Shown here: piece after piece, positions 25,351 to 38,251 of the stretch
How the letters are laid out: every line of letters starts with the position of its first letter
Numbering within the stretch: position 1 is the first letter of the stretch
NCBI GenBank assembly: GCA_905178155.1
Contig: CAJINV010000007.1
Coordinates: forward strand, 686,859-750,858
Source of the DNA: Amoebophrya sp. A120
Taxonomy: Eukaryota > Protista > Dinoflagellata
DNA: 64,000 bases
Direction: 5' to 3'
The notes under the pieces: generated by a model
What the model was told of the DNA's origin: nothing
What the model saw: only the letters and a program-made list of their open reading frames with translations
Databases searched by the model: none
Translations under genes and position numbers: made by a program

Positions 25351-27014
25351 CAGCGTGGCGCAATTATCTCAACAACCGATTTAGCTATTGCAGTTTTATT
25401 TCCAAGAATAAAGCAGCAAAATCCTTTACGCGCAGCATAAGCAATCTGGCCTTTCTAGTTGTCGCTTTGCACTTGAAAGTACCACGTAGCTACTATGGAG
25501 TTTTGCTTTCGTGCTGCTATTTTTCGCACTGAAGTACTTACTTATTTTCCTTTTCGTACCAAACAGAAACACTTCTTTGCTGACGCAGTCGGTCATTCAC
25601 ATTCTGGCGGCTTCGCAGGCAGTTCTTGTTCCGCAGATTTTGGTACTAATTCTAGCGCATGAAGTGCCACATCAAGATGAATCTCCTTATCAAGAACTTG
25701 AACTTTGAAATAAATAGCTTGGTCACAGTCACATTTAGACAAAACAACAGAACGCAGACATGCAGCAACCTCATTTTTTTTGCCGAGATGTATCTACTTC
25801 GTGTGCTACTTCTGTCTCTGTGTCAACATCGTGTGTTCCACCCTCGGACCACAGAGCTTGTTGATGTTGCTGAGCGAGAAAGCAGAAAATCTTTGAGAAG
25901 TAGTCGCACTATTGAAGCACAACGCAAACGCCAGACCCAGAAAAACTGACTGAGAGTCTTGCTTTCTCTACTTGGGATCTTCGAGATGGATATTTTGCAA
26001 AATCGCATTAGTTACACACGATGAAGATGAACCCGATGGACGGGCCCATCGATCTTCCACTTATTTGTCACTCAATCTCTTGCCACCTGCTTGTGATTTT
26101 GCTAAAGGTAGTACAGGACAGTTGTCAAGAACCCGATGGATCATCATCATATGTAGCGACGCCACAGCTGATCTCAATTTATTAACTTAGCCGTGATATG
26201 AATTATCGTGGCAGAAACGAAATAAACGATGGAAATCATACTTCTGAAAAATGCAGGATGGCCAGGCAGTGGCTGCACCCACTAGCTACTGAGAATCGAA
26301 GAAGCTCCTGCGGTATCTTCGTCTTCCCTGCCACACTGCTGCATCTGCCCGCTAGCCTGGGTGCTTAGAAGACTTTGCAGGTGAGACTACTCAGGTGGTC
26401 GTAGAAGTGTCGACAGCCTGCGAAAATCCACGAAGATCCAACCACGTTCGTTGTTTTCGTCTTTTTCTCTCAGCAACGCGTAAGAGGAGACACTACAACT
26501 TGGCCAGCTATGGCGACTGTTGCAGGTATTGTCACACTTGATGATCAATTGCTTGCCTGTATGGAGCGGCCCATGTTGTCATGCAAAAAGAACTGTATGA
26601 AGATGAACAAGCCTTATAGTTATATATACGAAGCCCATTCTTGATTTGTCCGACACCCAATTTGAATTTTCTTGTTCAGGCACTACGTGTCGAGTTTTTA
26701 GTCCTCTGCGTTTTTACTCTAGTTAGAAAGATTCACAGTAGAAATTAGTTTTTTTTAGTTGTACGCACGCATTTATTTCGCTTGTATACCTCATTCTGAT
26801 GGCGTTGTCACCTCGCTCAAAGCAACGAGGGCTTTGCTCCGCCCGGATGAAGAGGCGTACAAATTGTCAAACAAATATTTATTCGCCATCTGTACTGATC
26901 TGTTTTTTTTGATACAGTTCTACCCTCGCGTTGGTCCTCGCCGACGCATACTAAGATAGTTCTGCTGTACCCATCTCTAGTACTTGTACCCGCATTTATT
27001 TTGCGGCAGACAAG

Positions 27015-30000
27015 ATGACAGTCCTCTCCCCGGAAATCTACCTAGACAGCGACAACGACCTTGTTCTCCCCTACAACAATAGCGACAAAAACAACAACAA
27101 CCCAGCGCAACAACCACAACCCGGCGCGGCTTCCAAAGCCCCGAGAGGTCTCCAGAAGGTGAAGCCGAAAGAGGGCGCGCCGAAGGATGACTTATCAACT
27201 GCAAACATGTCTGGGTCTGGAAGAATGGAACTTGTGATGCTGTCTTTGGATTCTGAAAAAATTTGTATTGCATGACCAGCAACAGCAGTCCACTTTGTGC
27301 TACTTACACAGAGAGGGCGTTTCCCATGCGGAAAAGGCATCAGAAAGGGTTCTAAAAATCTGAGATGGTAGGGCATGCATCACAGACAATCGTGGGTCGT
27401 GCCAAATATGCATGACAAACCTGGCAATCAATCTTCCAGACCCAGACATATTTGCATTTGATATGACTGGCAGAAGTACCAGAAGCTGTCTCTGCACGAG
27501 CACATTTTACTCCGGGGCGACAGTTATCAAATGCAAATATTCCTGGATGTCTGGAAGATTGCGAGACTTGTCATGCCAGTCTGGCATGTCTCTGCACTCT
27601 GTATTGCGTGGCCACCAAGAGGTCCTGCTCTTGCCTGTCATGCAAAAGCGCAGTTCCTCATGCGGAATGCGCTTCACAGAATCACGAAAAAACTTGTCAT
27701 GCTTGGCGGCGCCGCATTACAGAGCACTTATTGTTCACGGAGTTGCGTCACAAGTTTCCAGATCCAGACATATTTGCATTTGATAACAGTTACGTCGGGA
27801 GTTGCGAGCCGGAAGATGGGGACTTCTGGGTCGTTTCGGAAACCGACGCGACCAAGATGGAGAAGCGAACGCTGAAGTACGCCCCGGGTCTGTTTTATCA
27901 AATGCAAATATGCCTGGGTCTGGAAGACAGGAGTAACTTGTGATGCTAAGTCTACACCCTGTGAAAATCTGTGTTGCATGACTGCCAACAGTTGTCCACT
28001 TTTGACCAAGTTGCGAGGGAGTTTCTCATGCAGGACAGGCATGATAGAGATCTCACAGAATCTGTCGCGCCAGGTCCTGCATTTCAGACCTCATGGGTCA
28101 TGGAAAATCTGCATGACAAGCTTCCACGCTTCCAGACCCAGACATATTTGCATTTGATATGTTCAAGATCTTCGACGAGATTCTGGTCAACGCCGCGGAT
28201 AACTTGCAGCGGGATGATAGTATGAGCACTATCCGGGTAAAGATCTCTTCCCAAGAGATCTCCGTCGAGAACGACGGTCAGGTATCAAAGTGAAAAATCC
28301 CCCCTCCCCATATTGAAGCGGAAACTTCTGTTGCTGGATTTGGGTACACAAATCAGCCCTGTCTTGCAGTGAGGCACTACACCAGGCAAAGCCGCAGCCT
28401 GCGTGGGGGTGTTTTGCTGTAGGCGCTTAGCATAACAGAGGCCTGCCATGTAGGTGAAACAGCATTACAAAGCGCCTCCATAAGGCGGCGGATTCTCTGG
28501 GGTTGCCTTCTTGCAAGAGAGACAGGATTTGTGGTCACAAATCAGCATCACAAACGTAACGTTTCAATATTTATGGTGAGGGAGGATTTTTCTTCGCAAT
28601 ATCAGGGGGTGAGGATAGCTCCGCACCAGAAGGAAACCGAAAAAACTGCCGACGGGAAGCACGAACAAAAAATCATGATCCCAACGATGATTTTCGGTTC
28701 CTTGCTATGCAGTGCAAAAGTATCGTACTCGTATAAAATGCATTACAAATTTCCGCAGCATGAGAAATTAAATTTGTAATGCGGACGATTTACCTTGTAA
28801 TACAATACGAGTGCGATACTTTTGCACAGGATACTTGCTCGCCGGTGACAACTTCAACGACAACAAGAAGCGGTGCGCGGGGGGACGGAACGGATACGGG
28901 GCGAAGCTAGCGAACGTGTACTCGATATCCTCTGCAAAAACATCACCACCCCAGAGTTTTCATGCGGATTTGCAATTGTAGGAACATTTGTAATGCGCAT
29001 CCCCATGAGAGGCATTTCCAGTCGTGTTTCGGAATTTCTGATGCTGTAAACAGGATAAGCAGATGGCCCTGTGATGCGGCTGCACTTTCCAGACTGCACT
29101 ACAATGCAGAGAGGAACTTGTCATGCGTGACTCCCAAAGCTTCTGGATTTGTGTTGCGAGATCCCCATGATCTTGACTCCGGGGTGGGGACGTTTTTACA
29201 CAGAATACTCGACCATGTTCCGAGTGGAAACGGTGGATAAGAAGGGACAGGATCGGCTCGGAAAACCGGTGAAATACTTCTCCCAAGAGTGGACCCGGAA
29301 CATGTTTGATAAACAGGAACCAATCCTGTTGCCCGAAGTCCCGGAGGCGGCGTCAAAAAATTCCGGGCTGAAGCAATTCACCCGGGTGACGTTCCGGCCC
29401 GATATGAGTAAGTTCCAGTCTAAAGCGAAAAGTGCAAATGCGAGTAACCCGTTGGAGTTGAAGAAGGAACAACTTCTTCTAGAGGACAACAAACAGCTCG
29501 AAATGGACGCCGACATCCTCGCCCTGATGACGAGAAGAGTCTACGACTTGGCCGCCTGCACCCCACCGCACGTCGCGGTTTTTTTGAACGACAAGGAGTT
29601 GCCGATTAGAACTTTCAAGGACTACGTCGGGATGTTCGACGCGCAATTTTATGACAATGCACAACTCTCTCTCTCCCTCAGCATTTGTATGGGATGAACA
29701 GCAGTACAAACACCAGCACACGTAGAGCCTATGCATGCCAAATTTGTGCACCTGATCATGTAGTACTGTTTGGGCTTGAGCTTGTTTCGCATTTGTCATG
29801 CAAACAGTGCCACAAGGCAGCGACTGGATTTGGGATTTTGCATGACAACATTGACAAATGAGGGGGAGTGGGAGTTGTGCACTGTCATAAATTTTCCACC
29901 AGCACCAAAACACAACTCAGCAATGTGAAGAAGGAAGAGGTGGAAAAAATAGATGAAAGCGGTGGAATGAATAACGCAAACAACAAAATCATCTCCGACG

Positions 30001-33000
30001 AAGATGATTCTCAAAATAACTCTAGAGAAGATTCTCTCTCCGAGCAGCACAAGAACCTGATCAAGGCCACCATTGTCGACCCAGAGGAGTGCGATCACGA
30101 TCCAACCAAGGTTCGCCCCTCGAAAAGATGGGAGGTGTACATCGGGATGAGTGAAAAAACGCAGTTTCAGCACGTTTCCTTTGCGAATTGCATCGCGACC
30201 ACGAAGGGCGGAACCCACGTGTCGCACGTGGAAGCGCCGTTGGTGGAACGGATTTGGGAGAAAGCTAGGGATAGTTACGACGGGAAGTTTAAGATCACGA
30301 GGCCGCACATCAAAAACCACTTGTTTCTGTTCATCAACGCGTATGTGGAAAATCCTACCTTTAACTCGCAAACGAAAGAAGACATGACGAGCTTGCCGAA
30401 GGACTTCGGGTCGAAATGTGTCTTGTCGGAAGAAACGGTCCAAGCGGTTTTGAACTGCGGGATTGTAGACACGATTGTGAAGTGGGCGAATGCGAAGCAA
30501 CAGGCGGAATTGGCGAAAAGGTACAACTTCGATACCAGTTGGACTTACCTAGTAGAGTGTTGTTCATGCAAATGAAATGCATTTCCACAAATCGCCAACT
30601 GTGACCGTAATCCAATCGAATTCTGCACACGAAAGAACCATACATAAAGATGAAAAACCATTACTTAAATTTCTATCAGGGCCAAGATCTCCAGCAAGTC
30701 TTTAACGAAGCTGATCATCCCGAAGCTCGTATGAAATGTAAAAATGTCTTGGTCTGGAAGACTGCATGTTTGTCATGCTTGTCTGGCATGACTCTTAAAT
30801 CTGTCATGCACGTTACCCAAGAGCTCCATTTTTCTGTGATCCAGAAACGCAGTTTGTCATGCAGAATAGGCAAGAACACCTAGAAGCTCAGAAACTTGCC
30901 ATGCTGAGCCAGCACTTGTGGCCTCATCATGAGACGCCACCCAGCATCACAAGTTTCCAGACCCAGACATTTTTACATTTGATAGCTCGAGGACGCGAAC
31001 CATGCGGGAACCGCCGCTGCAATGGACTGCACGTTGATATGGCGTTCTCAAATCGGTTACCTTCTTAACTGTTAGTACACGATTTCTCTTCATGCAAACT
31101 TACAACCAGAATCGACGCGATCAAGCTGCATCGCATGACAAATGCTCGAAAAGGAGCGAAACAGGCTAAGAATCTGCGCCAAGTCTGTCATGCAAGACGC
31201 GCAAGGTCACCCATTTCACTTTTGCCATTCTTGCATCACAAATCCATGTAACAGGTGAGAATGTAACAGTTGAGAGCGCCATAGTCGATCCTAACAGAGG
31301 GAGATTCCGCGAAAGCCACCGCAATGGCGGGTCTCGGCGTGGTCGGCCGGGACTACTACGGTGTGTTCCCCCTCCGCGGAAAAGTCTTAAACGTCCGGAA
31401 CGCGAACCCGGCGCAGGTGACGAACAACAAGGAAATCGTGAATTTGTGTAAAATTCTCGGGCTGGAGATCCCGTCCACCGCGTTATCCGGGAAGAACTTG
31501 GCCTTGGAGGACAGGATAAAGGAAGAGGAGCTCATGGAGTCCCAAGTCGAGGTGCTGAAGAAAAAGATGCGGTACGGCTCGGTCACCATCATGACGGATC
31601 AGGATTACGATGGCTCGCACATCAAGGGGCTGCTATTGAATTTACTGCAGTACTACTGGCCAAGTTTAATTCGTCACGAGCCGCAGTTCGTTCGGGAATT
31701 CGTGACGCCGATCGTGAAAGTCACGAAAAAGAAGGAAACGATCGTGTTTTTCACCGTAGCGGAGTACGAAGCTTGGAAGGAGAACACGCCGGCGGAGGAA
31801 CGGAAAAGGTGGAAGGCCAAATACTACAAAGGTACAGACGTTTCTTTTGACTGACTTTTTCATGCGCTCAGAGTGTCGCTTCTTGTGGTTGTGCCTGTTA
31901 TGGACAGAAGCAGAACTGCATGTTGACGAGTACTTACTAGTAGAGAAAAACTACAAAAAGGCTAAGCCACAAAATCTTCTATATTTATTATCCCCCAGGT
32001 CTCGGAACCTCCACCGGAAAAGAAGCAAAGCAGTACTTCGAAAAGTTGGATCGTCACTCCCTGGCTTTCAAGTACGAGAACGATCATGATGACGACAATC
32101 TCTCGATGGCGTTCGACCAAAAACGCGCGGACGACCGGAAAGAATGGATCCGGAATTTGAATGCGGATGAGTACATCGATCACAACGAATCGGAACTCAC
32201 GATCACGGAATTTATCAAGAAGGAGCTCGTCTTCATGGCCGAATACGACGTGATGCGGTCCATTCCGAACGTGATGGACGGGTTTAAGCCCACGCAGAGG
32301 AAAATTCTCTACTGTGCCTTCAAGAAGAAACTGAAGAGCGACATCAAGGTACAGTATTTTTACCCGTACAGCAACTCCAACTCCTTTGGCGGCATGCTTC
32401 ATTTTGTCGTGTTTTGTCATGCACAATCTCAAAGAGGTACGTTGCTTGTCATGCTGCAAGGCGAGGACGACGAACAAATCGATCAGGTCGCGCAACTCGC
32501 GGGGTATGTTTCCGAGAAGGCAGCTTACCATCATGGTGAAGTCTCCTTAGAAGGCGCGATCGTCGGCATGGCGCAGGACTTCGTCGGCTCGAATAACGTG
32601 AAATTACTCGTCCCCAGCGGGCAATTCGGAACGCGAATTGAAGGTGGAAAGGATCACGCTGCGAGCAGGTACGGGAAATCTGTATTGGAATTTCGAAACA
32701 GTAGTAAGTACTATGCGTAGGTACTGAAGAAGCGACAAGAGGCACGTTGACAAATCTAGATCTGAGTATAGAATTTTCGCATGAGATGAAACTAGAACTA
32801 TTACAACATCCAGAGAAACAAGTAAAGCACTCTCTGCTCGTAATATTCAATCTTCAGGTACATCTACACCCGGCTGAACAACCCCCTGACCCGCGCGATT
32901 TTTCTATGAAATGTAAAAATGTCTGGGTCTGGAAACTTGTAATGCTGCGTTGGGAATGGTGAATGCTCTGTAATGCACAGGCAAGCATGAGAAATATCTG

Positions 33001-36000
33001 CGCTTCTTTGTGTTGCGTTTTTCGCATGACAAACTGCGTTTTTGCATGACAGGCAAAAGGGTCTCTTCTTGGACACGCATCACAAACTTTCTGGTCATGC
33101 CAGAAAAGCATGACAAATCTCAAAATCTTCCAGACCCAGACATTTTTGCATTTGATATTTTCACCCCGATGACGACAAAATTCTCGAGTACAACCAGGAG
33201 GAGGGAAAGTATCAAATGCACATACGTCTGGGTCTGGAAACTTGTGATACTGGGTGGCGATCATGATTGAACATACTCCTGAGTGCGACCAAGCATGACA
33301 AATTTTGCGGAAACTTTCTCATGCGTAGTGTGCATGAGAAACTGCGCTTCTGCATGACAAAGGAAGGCTCCTTTTCCTGGTCATGCAATACAGATTTTAC
33401 AGGAATCCAAGTCACGCAATACAGGTTCCACTCTTCCAGGCCCAGAAACTTTTGCATTTGATAGGAAGTGGATTGAACCCAAACTTTTCTGCCCGGTCAT
33501 CCCGATGGTGCTAGTCAACGGCGCGGAGGGTATCGGGACCGGTTGGTCGACCTCCATCCCGAATTACGACCCCAGAGACGTGGTGGAGAACTGCCGCATC
33601 TTCATCAAGCGACACTTATTGAACACGAAGCACAAACGATCGAAATCGAAGCAGCAGAGTGTCGTGGAAAACGAGAACGGGGACGTGATAATGGTGGATG
33701 ACGATGATGATGATAAGGATGCTATCCTAAGTAAAAACGTCTCCACCCCATAGTCAAGTTGGGAACTTTGCAACACAAATCCACCAGTTTTGCGACTCAC
33801 GCATGACAAACTTTCCCCTGTATTGTAGAGCGGGTTAGCAAGGAAAGCTGCATCACAAATCCATCTCTTGATCTTGTTTACAGCATTACAAATGCCAAAA
33901 CACGACCGAAAGTGCCTCTTATGGGGTTGCGCATGGCAATTGTTTCTGTTATTGCGAATCTGCATGACAACTCTGGGGTGGGGAGGGTTTTAAACAGGAT
34001 AGATGCCGAGCAACAGAATGCGAATCTTCCGAATTACATCGAGATGAAGCCGTGGTTCCGGAATTTTCGCGGGGAAGTGCGGGGGAAGTCGGGCGCGAAG
34101 AATTTCACTACGGAAGGGTGCGTGTCGGTCACAGTCCACGAAGATGGATCGAGCACGGTGGAGATCACGGAACTTCCGATCAGAGTGTGGTATGCATTGC
34201 AAAAGAATCGTACAACTTTACTACGTGGTAATTGCATTTACAAATTAGCCCAGCATGACGACAAGTCAGTGGAATTTGTCATGCAGATTCACCTTGGGAA
34301 GGGGGTTTGTAATGCGTGACTGCGATTACATTTAATTTACTACCAGTGCGATACTTTTACAATCCATATGTGGACGCAGGCTTACAAGGAGAAGTTGCTG
34401 AAAATGATCAGCGACGACAAGCATGGAATCCGGGATTTTAGAGAGTATCGAAAAATGTCTGAATTTTTGGTGATGTAGTTTCCTGTCACGCATAATTATA
34501 TTGGAGAAAAACTATCTCTATCGCGATGAAGTTGATTCGAAAAACCATCGCGAGTGCCGCAGCCGAGCATCCTTGGTTTCAGGGTTTTAGGATTTAGGGT
34601 CTCTGCTCCCGACTTCGCTGTGCCGCATCGAGCTGCACCACGGAGTAAGTAAGTAGTTGTTTCGCAATGAAAAGACAAATAAAAGCCTCGTCCTAAATCA
34701 CAGGCACCACACCGATGTCACCGTCCACTTCTCCATCGACTTGACCGAGCCGGGGCAAGTGCAGGCCGAGGCTGCGGGTTACATGAAGTACTTCGGTCTG
34801 TCCTCCTCACTCGCTACCAGCAACATGATGGGTTTCAACAAGGAGCACAAGATCTACAAGTACGACAGCCCCCTCGACATCGTGAAGGAATTCTGCGGAT
34901 TCCGGGTGGAATTTTATCAAAAACGGAAGAAATACTTGCTCGACAAATTAAAACAGTCCGAATGCGAACTGGAAAACCAGCGCAGGTTCGTGTTAGCCGT
35001 GGTGAAACGGGAGCTGATTGTCCGGAAGCGGAAAATTGCGGACATTTTACAAGACTTGCGAGCCATGAACTTCGTGACAAAGTCGGTTTTGAACTCTATG
35101 GCGGCGAGATCCGAGCGGGAGGAGGAGGAAAACGCGGAAAAGGATGAAGAAAACGAAGATAACGACAACGACGGCGACAATAACGACCCTGGTTCCGACG
35201 ACGAGGCGAATGAGGACGATGAAAATAATCGGGCCAGTAACAACGCGGCAAACAATGCGAGGAAAGAGTACGACTACTTGCTCGGCATGCCGCTGTCCTC
35301 CCTGACCACCGATAAGGTGAAGGAACTCGAGCAGACGTACAAGGGAAAAGTAGCGGAAAGGGAAATCCTCGAGAAGAAATCCGTCGCGGATCTGTGGCTC
35401 GCGGATTTGGACGATATGCATTGCACAAAATATATCTGGGTCTGGAAGATTGCCAGATTTGTCATGCTTGTCTGACATAGCTCGGAACTCTGTCATGCGT
35501 AGGTGCAAAAAGATCGCTTTGTCTGTGATGCAAAAGCGCAGTCTGCCATACGGAATACGCTACACGTAGCAGGAGCCCAAAAACTTGTCATGCTTGGCCA
35601 CGTATGACAGTGTGCCCAGTATCTATTCCCTGGCTTGCATCACAAGTTTCCAGACCCAGACATACTTGCAATGCATAGACGAGATCATGGTGCAATTGGA
35701 CGCCGAAGACGCTTTTTACGACGCGGAATTGGCGGAAGCGCGGAAACAGCAAGAAAAGGCAATGGGGTTCAAAATCGGCGGTGCGGCTGGGGATAATAAA
35801 TCGAAGATGGCCAAGAAATTGAAGAAGAACAAAGAAGGAGGTGGAACATTAAATAATGCAGGAGATCATGACGACAACAACGACGCTCCCGGTGAGGACA
35901 AGAAGCCGAAGGCGCCGAAGATGAAAAGGAAAATTAAGGAAGAAGGTGCGGAAGGTGCTGCAAACGACCAGGACCCGGACCTAGCTGGTGCTGGCCCCGC

Positions 36001-38251
36001 ATCCCAACTGGATGATCGAGCCGTTTCAGGAGATCTTCAAGCCGCGGAAGACCCAGCTGCGGGTGGTGCTGTGGACAAGCCGCCGAAAAAGAGAAAAATG
36101 AAGAAGGAAAGATTACTGCCGGCGGAGGACGAGGAAAATGATGAGACGAACGAGGAAATAAATGCTGGTCCATCTTCAAAGCCGCCTGTTGCTGTTCCTC
36201 CTCCTGCTGCTGCTGATCAGGATGTGAAAATGGAAGTAGATCCTCCTGCTCCGGCGACGTCAAATGCGATAAACTACGACGACGGCGTTCTGAGGAACGA
36301 AGACGGGACGGTGAAATTGAACAAAAACGGCAAACCCGCCATGAAACGCGGGCCAGCACCGAAGAACAAGCAGATGAGAGATATCAAATGTAAAAATGTC
36401 TGGGTCTGGATGTGGAAGAGTGCATGTTTGTCGTGCTTGTCTGGCATGACTCTCAAATCTGTCACGCACGTTACCCAAGAGCGCCACTTTTCTGTCATAC
36501 AGAAACGCAGTTTGTCATGCAGAATAGGCAACACCTAGAAGCTCAGAAACTTGTCATGCTGAGCCAGCAATTGTGGCTTCCTCATGATACGCCACACAGC
36601 ATCAGAAGTTTCCAGACCCAGACATATTTGCAGTTGATAAAAGAAGATTCCAAGCAAGTATCTGCCTCGGTCGAAGCGAGTCTAGAAGGGAGTAAGAAGC
36701 CAAGTAAAGAGGCATCAAGTAAAGCTCCTACTTCTTCCCAGCAGGACAACATAGAGCTGACGAAGAACGGTGTGCCGAAGAAGAAGCCAGGCCGGAAGCC
36801 GAAGCAGGATCACAATGTCGAAACGAGTAAAAATGCAGAGGAGAAGACCTCTTCCATCCAACCCTCGCCCGCAGCGGGAGGCGAGCAACAAGAAGCTGTT
36901 AAGAAAAAGCGCGGCCGGCCGTCGAAGGACGAGTTACTGGCCAAGACGAGGCAGGGGAGTAAGGAAAAAGAAAACAGTGGCGAGAACGAGGAAAATCACC
37001 GAGCGAAATCTTCAAAATCCAGCAAGGCGCCGGTACAAAACGACGACGACGAAGAGGATCACCCCCCGGCTAAGAAGCAGAAGGTAAAGAAGGAGAAGAA
37101 GAAACTGTCGAAGGAAGAAGTACCTGTAGTACTACCTCCTGGTATGCAGATGAAAGAGTACACGTACGAAGATTACAAAAAGTTGGAAGACGAGGAAAAC
37201 TCGCTGAAAGGGCAGCCCCGACAGACCCGGATCACGAAAAATCGACTGCATGAAATCGAGAAAGAGAAAAAGCGAATCATCTCCTCCGGCTGGAAATTAC
37301 CAGTTGCGGTTGTTTCAACGACTGCTGGTGGTGGTGGTGCAGCAGCTCCAGCAGCTGCGCTAGGCGCTGGTGGTCCTGCTGCTTCCTCTTCTTCTTCCTC
37401 CTCTGCGGCCATTTCAAATCCAAATCCGGTGATGCTTTTAAACCCGGACGTCCTCGGTGGCGGCGCACCTACAATTTTTTCAACGTCTTCCGGTCCTGGT
37501 GCAGCAGCAGCCCCAGCCACTGAAGGCCCCGGACGAGCAGGTGTCGTGGGCAGTAGTGGTAGTTCCTCCTCGTCTTCCTCCGCCGCGGGAGGTGGACAAC
37601 TACCACCACCGCCAGCTGCTTTTGTACCCGACGGGGGCGCAGCAAAGCCAGTGTCCATCCCGATGAAGATTTTACGGAAGGAAGATGGGAGGAAGAAGAA
37701 GGATATCAACTGCAAAAATGTCTGGGTCTGGAAGATTGGAACTTGTGATGCTAACTCTGGACTTTAAAAAAATCTGTAATTGCATGACCAGCAATAGGAG
37801 CCCGGTTTGTGCTACGCGGGGAGGGCATTTGTCATGCGGGATAGGCATCAGGAAGACCTCTAGAAATATGTGATGCCAGACCATGCATTACAAACGTCGT
37901 GGCTCATGGAAAATATGCATGACAAATCTAGAAATCTTCCAGACCCAGACATTTTTACATTTGATAAAGGAAAACAATAAACCTGCGGGCGGGCTGAACA
38001 TTCCCGGGAAGGGGGCGGTGCCAAAGCTAACCGGACCGAAGGCGAAAAAGAAGAAAAATGAGGGCGGTGTGGCAGGCGGGGATTTGTTGCAGGAAGGAGG
38101 GCGGGCTGGTGCTGGGCAGATGAAAGAGGAAAAGCAGGAAGATGGTGCCGGCAATGATAAACAGCCGGAACAAACTTCTTCGAGCAAGGAACCGGTGAAA
38201 GAGGAGGCTGCAGGTGATCCGGCTCCGGAAGCGGCTGCGAAAGAAGAGTAA
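27015..38251 (+). CDS. TOP2: DNA topoisomerase II (type IIA); 16 introners plus 5 GT-AG introns (30521-30679, 31832-31998, 32349-32486, 32669-32857, 34445-34703)
   Basis: Rebuilt motifs: YQKLSLHEHILLRGDSYVGS, PGLFKIFDEILVNAADN, GGRNGYGAKLANVYS, IPKLEDAN, TLILTEGDSAK, PLRGKVLNVR, IMTDQDYDGSHIKGLL, YYKGLGTS, DGFKPTQRKI, AYHHGE, catalytic ASRYIYT, VLVNGAEGIGTGWST, ITELP. Long K/E-rich C-terminal tail. Confidence 0.97.
27193..27463. mobile_element. Introner, family A (TOP2)
   Basis: TIR; DR TGACT. Confidence 0.92.
27525..27785. mobile_element. Introner, family A (TOP2)
   Basis: TIR; DR ACAGT; restores DSYVGS. Confidence 0.92.
27896..28159. mobile_element. Introner, family A (TOP2)
   Basis: DR TGTTT/TGTTC; restores PGLFKIFDE. 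Confidence 0.92.
28283..28601. mobile_element. Introner, family B (TOP2)
   Basis: DR TCAGG; restores NDGQG. Confidence 0.9.
28706..28833. mobile_element. Introner, family C (TOP2)
   Basis: DR CTTGC; restores FGSLLAGDNF. Confidence 0.92.
28926..29207. mobile_element. Introner, family D (TOP2)
   Basis: DR CTCGA; restores NVYSTMF. Confidence 0.9.
29650..29889. mobile_element. Introner, family E (TOP2)
   Basis: TIR TATGACAATGCACAACTC; DR AATTT. Confidence 0.9.
30730..30984. mobile_element. Introner, family A (TOP2)
   Basis: DR GCTCG; restores PKLEDAN. Confidence 0.92.
31038..31283. mobile_element. Introner, family F (TOP2)
   Basis: TATGGCGTTCTCAA / TTGAGAGCGCCATA; DR GTTGA/GTCGA; restores TLILTEGDSAK. 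Confidence 0.9.
32905..33157. mobile_element. Introner, family A (TOP2)
   Basis: DR TTTTC. Confidence 0.92.
33210..33463. mobile_element. Introner, family A (TOP2)
   Basis: DR GAAAG/GGAAG; restores GKWIEP. Confidence 0.9.
33723..34001. mobile_element. Introner, family D (TOP2)
   Basis: DR GATGC; opposite orientation to the 28926 copy. Confidence 0.9.
34191..34368. mobile_element. Introner, family C (TOP2)
   Basis: DR TGTGG; restores ELPIRVWTQAYK. Confidence 0.88.
35415..35677. mobile_element. Introner, family A (TOP2)
   Basis: DR GACGA. Confidence 0.9.
36382..36639. mobile_element. Introner, family A (TOP2)
   Basis: DR AGAGA/AAAGA; close sister of the 30730 copy. Confidence 0.88.
37704..37966. 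mobile_element. Introner, family A (TOP2)
   Basis: DR AAGGA; close sister of the 3858 copy. Confidence 0.92.

Noticed and set aside
27015-38251. TOP2 as a transposon-riddled pseudogene
   Set aside because: All 21 interruptions remove cleanly, and I saw no stops or frameshifts in the exons. Catalytic motifs are intact.
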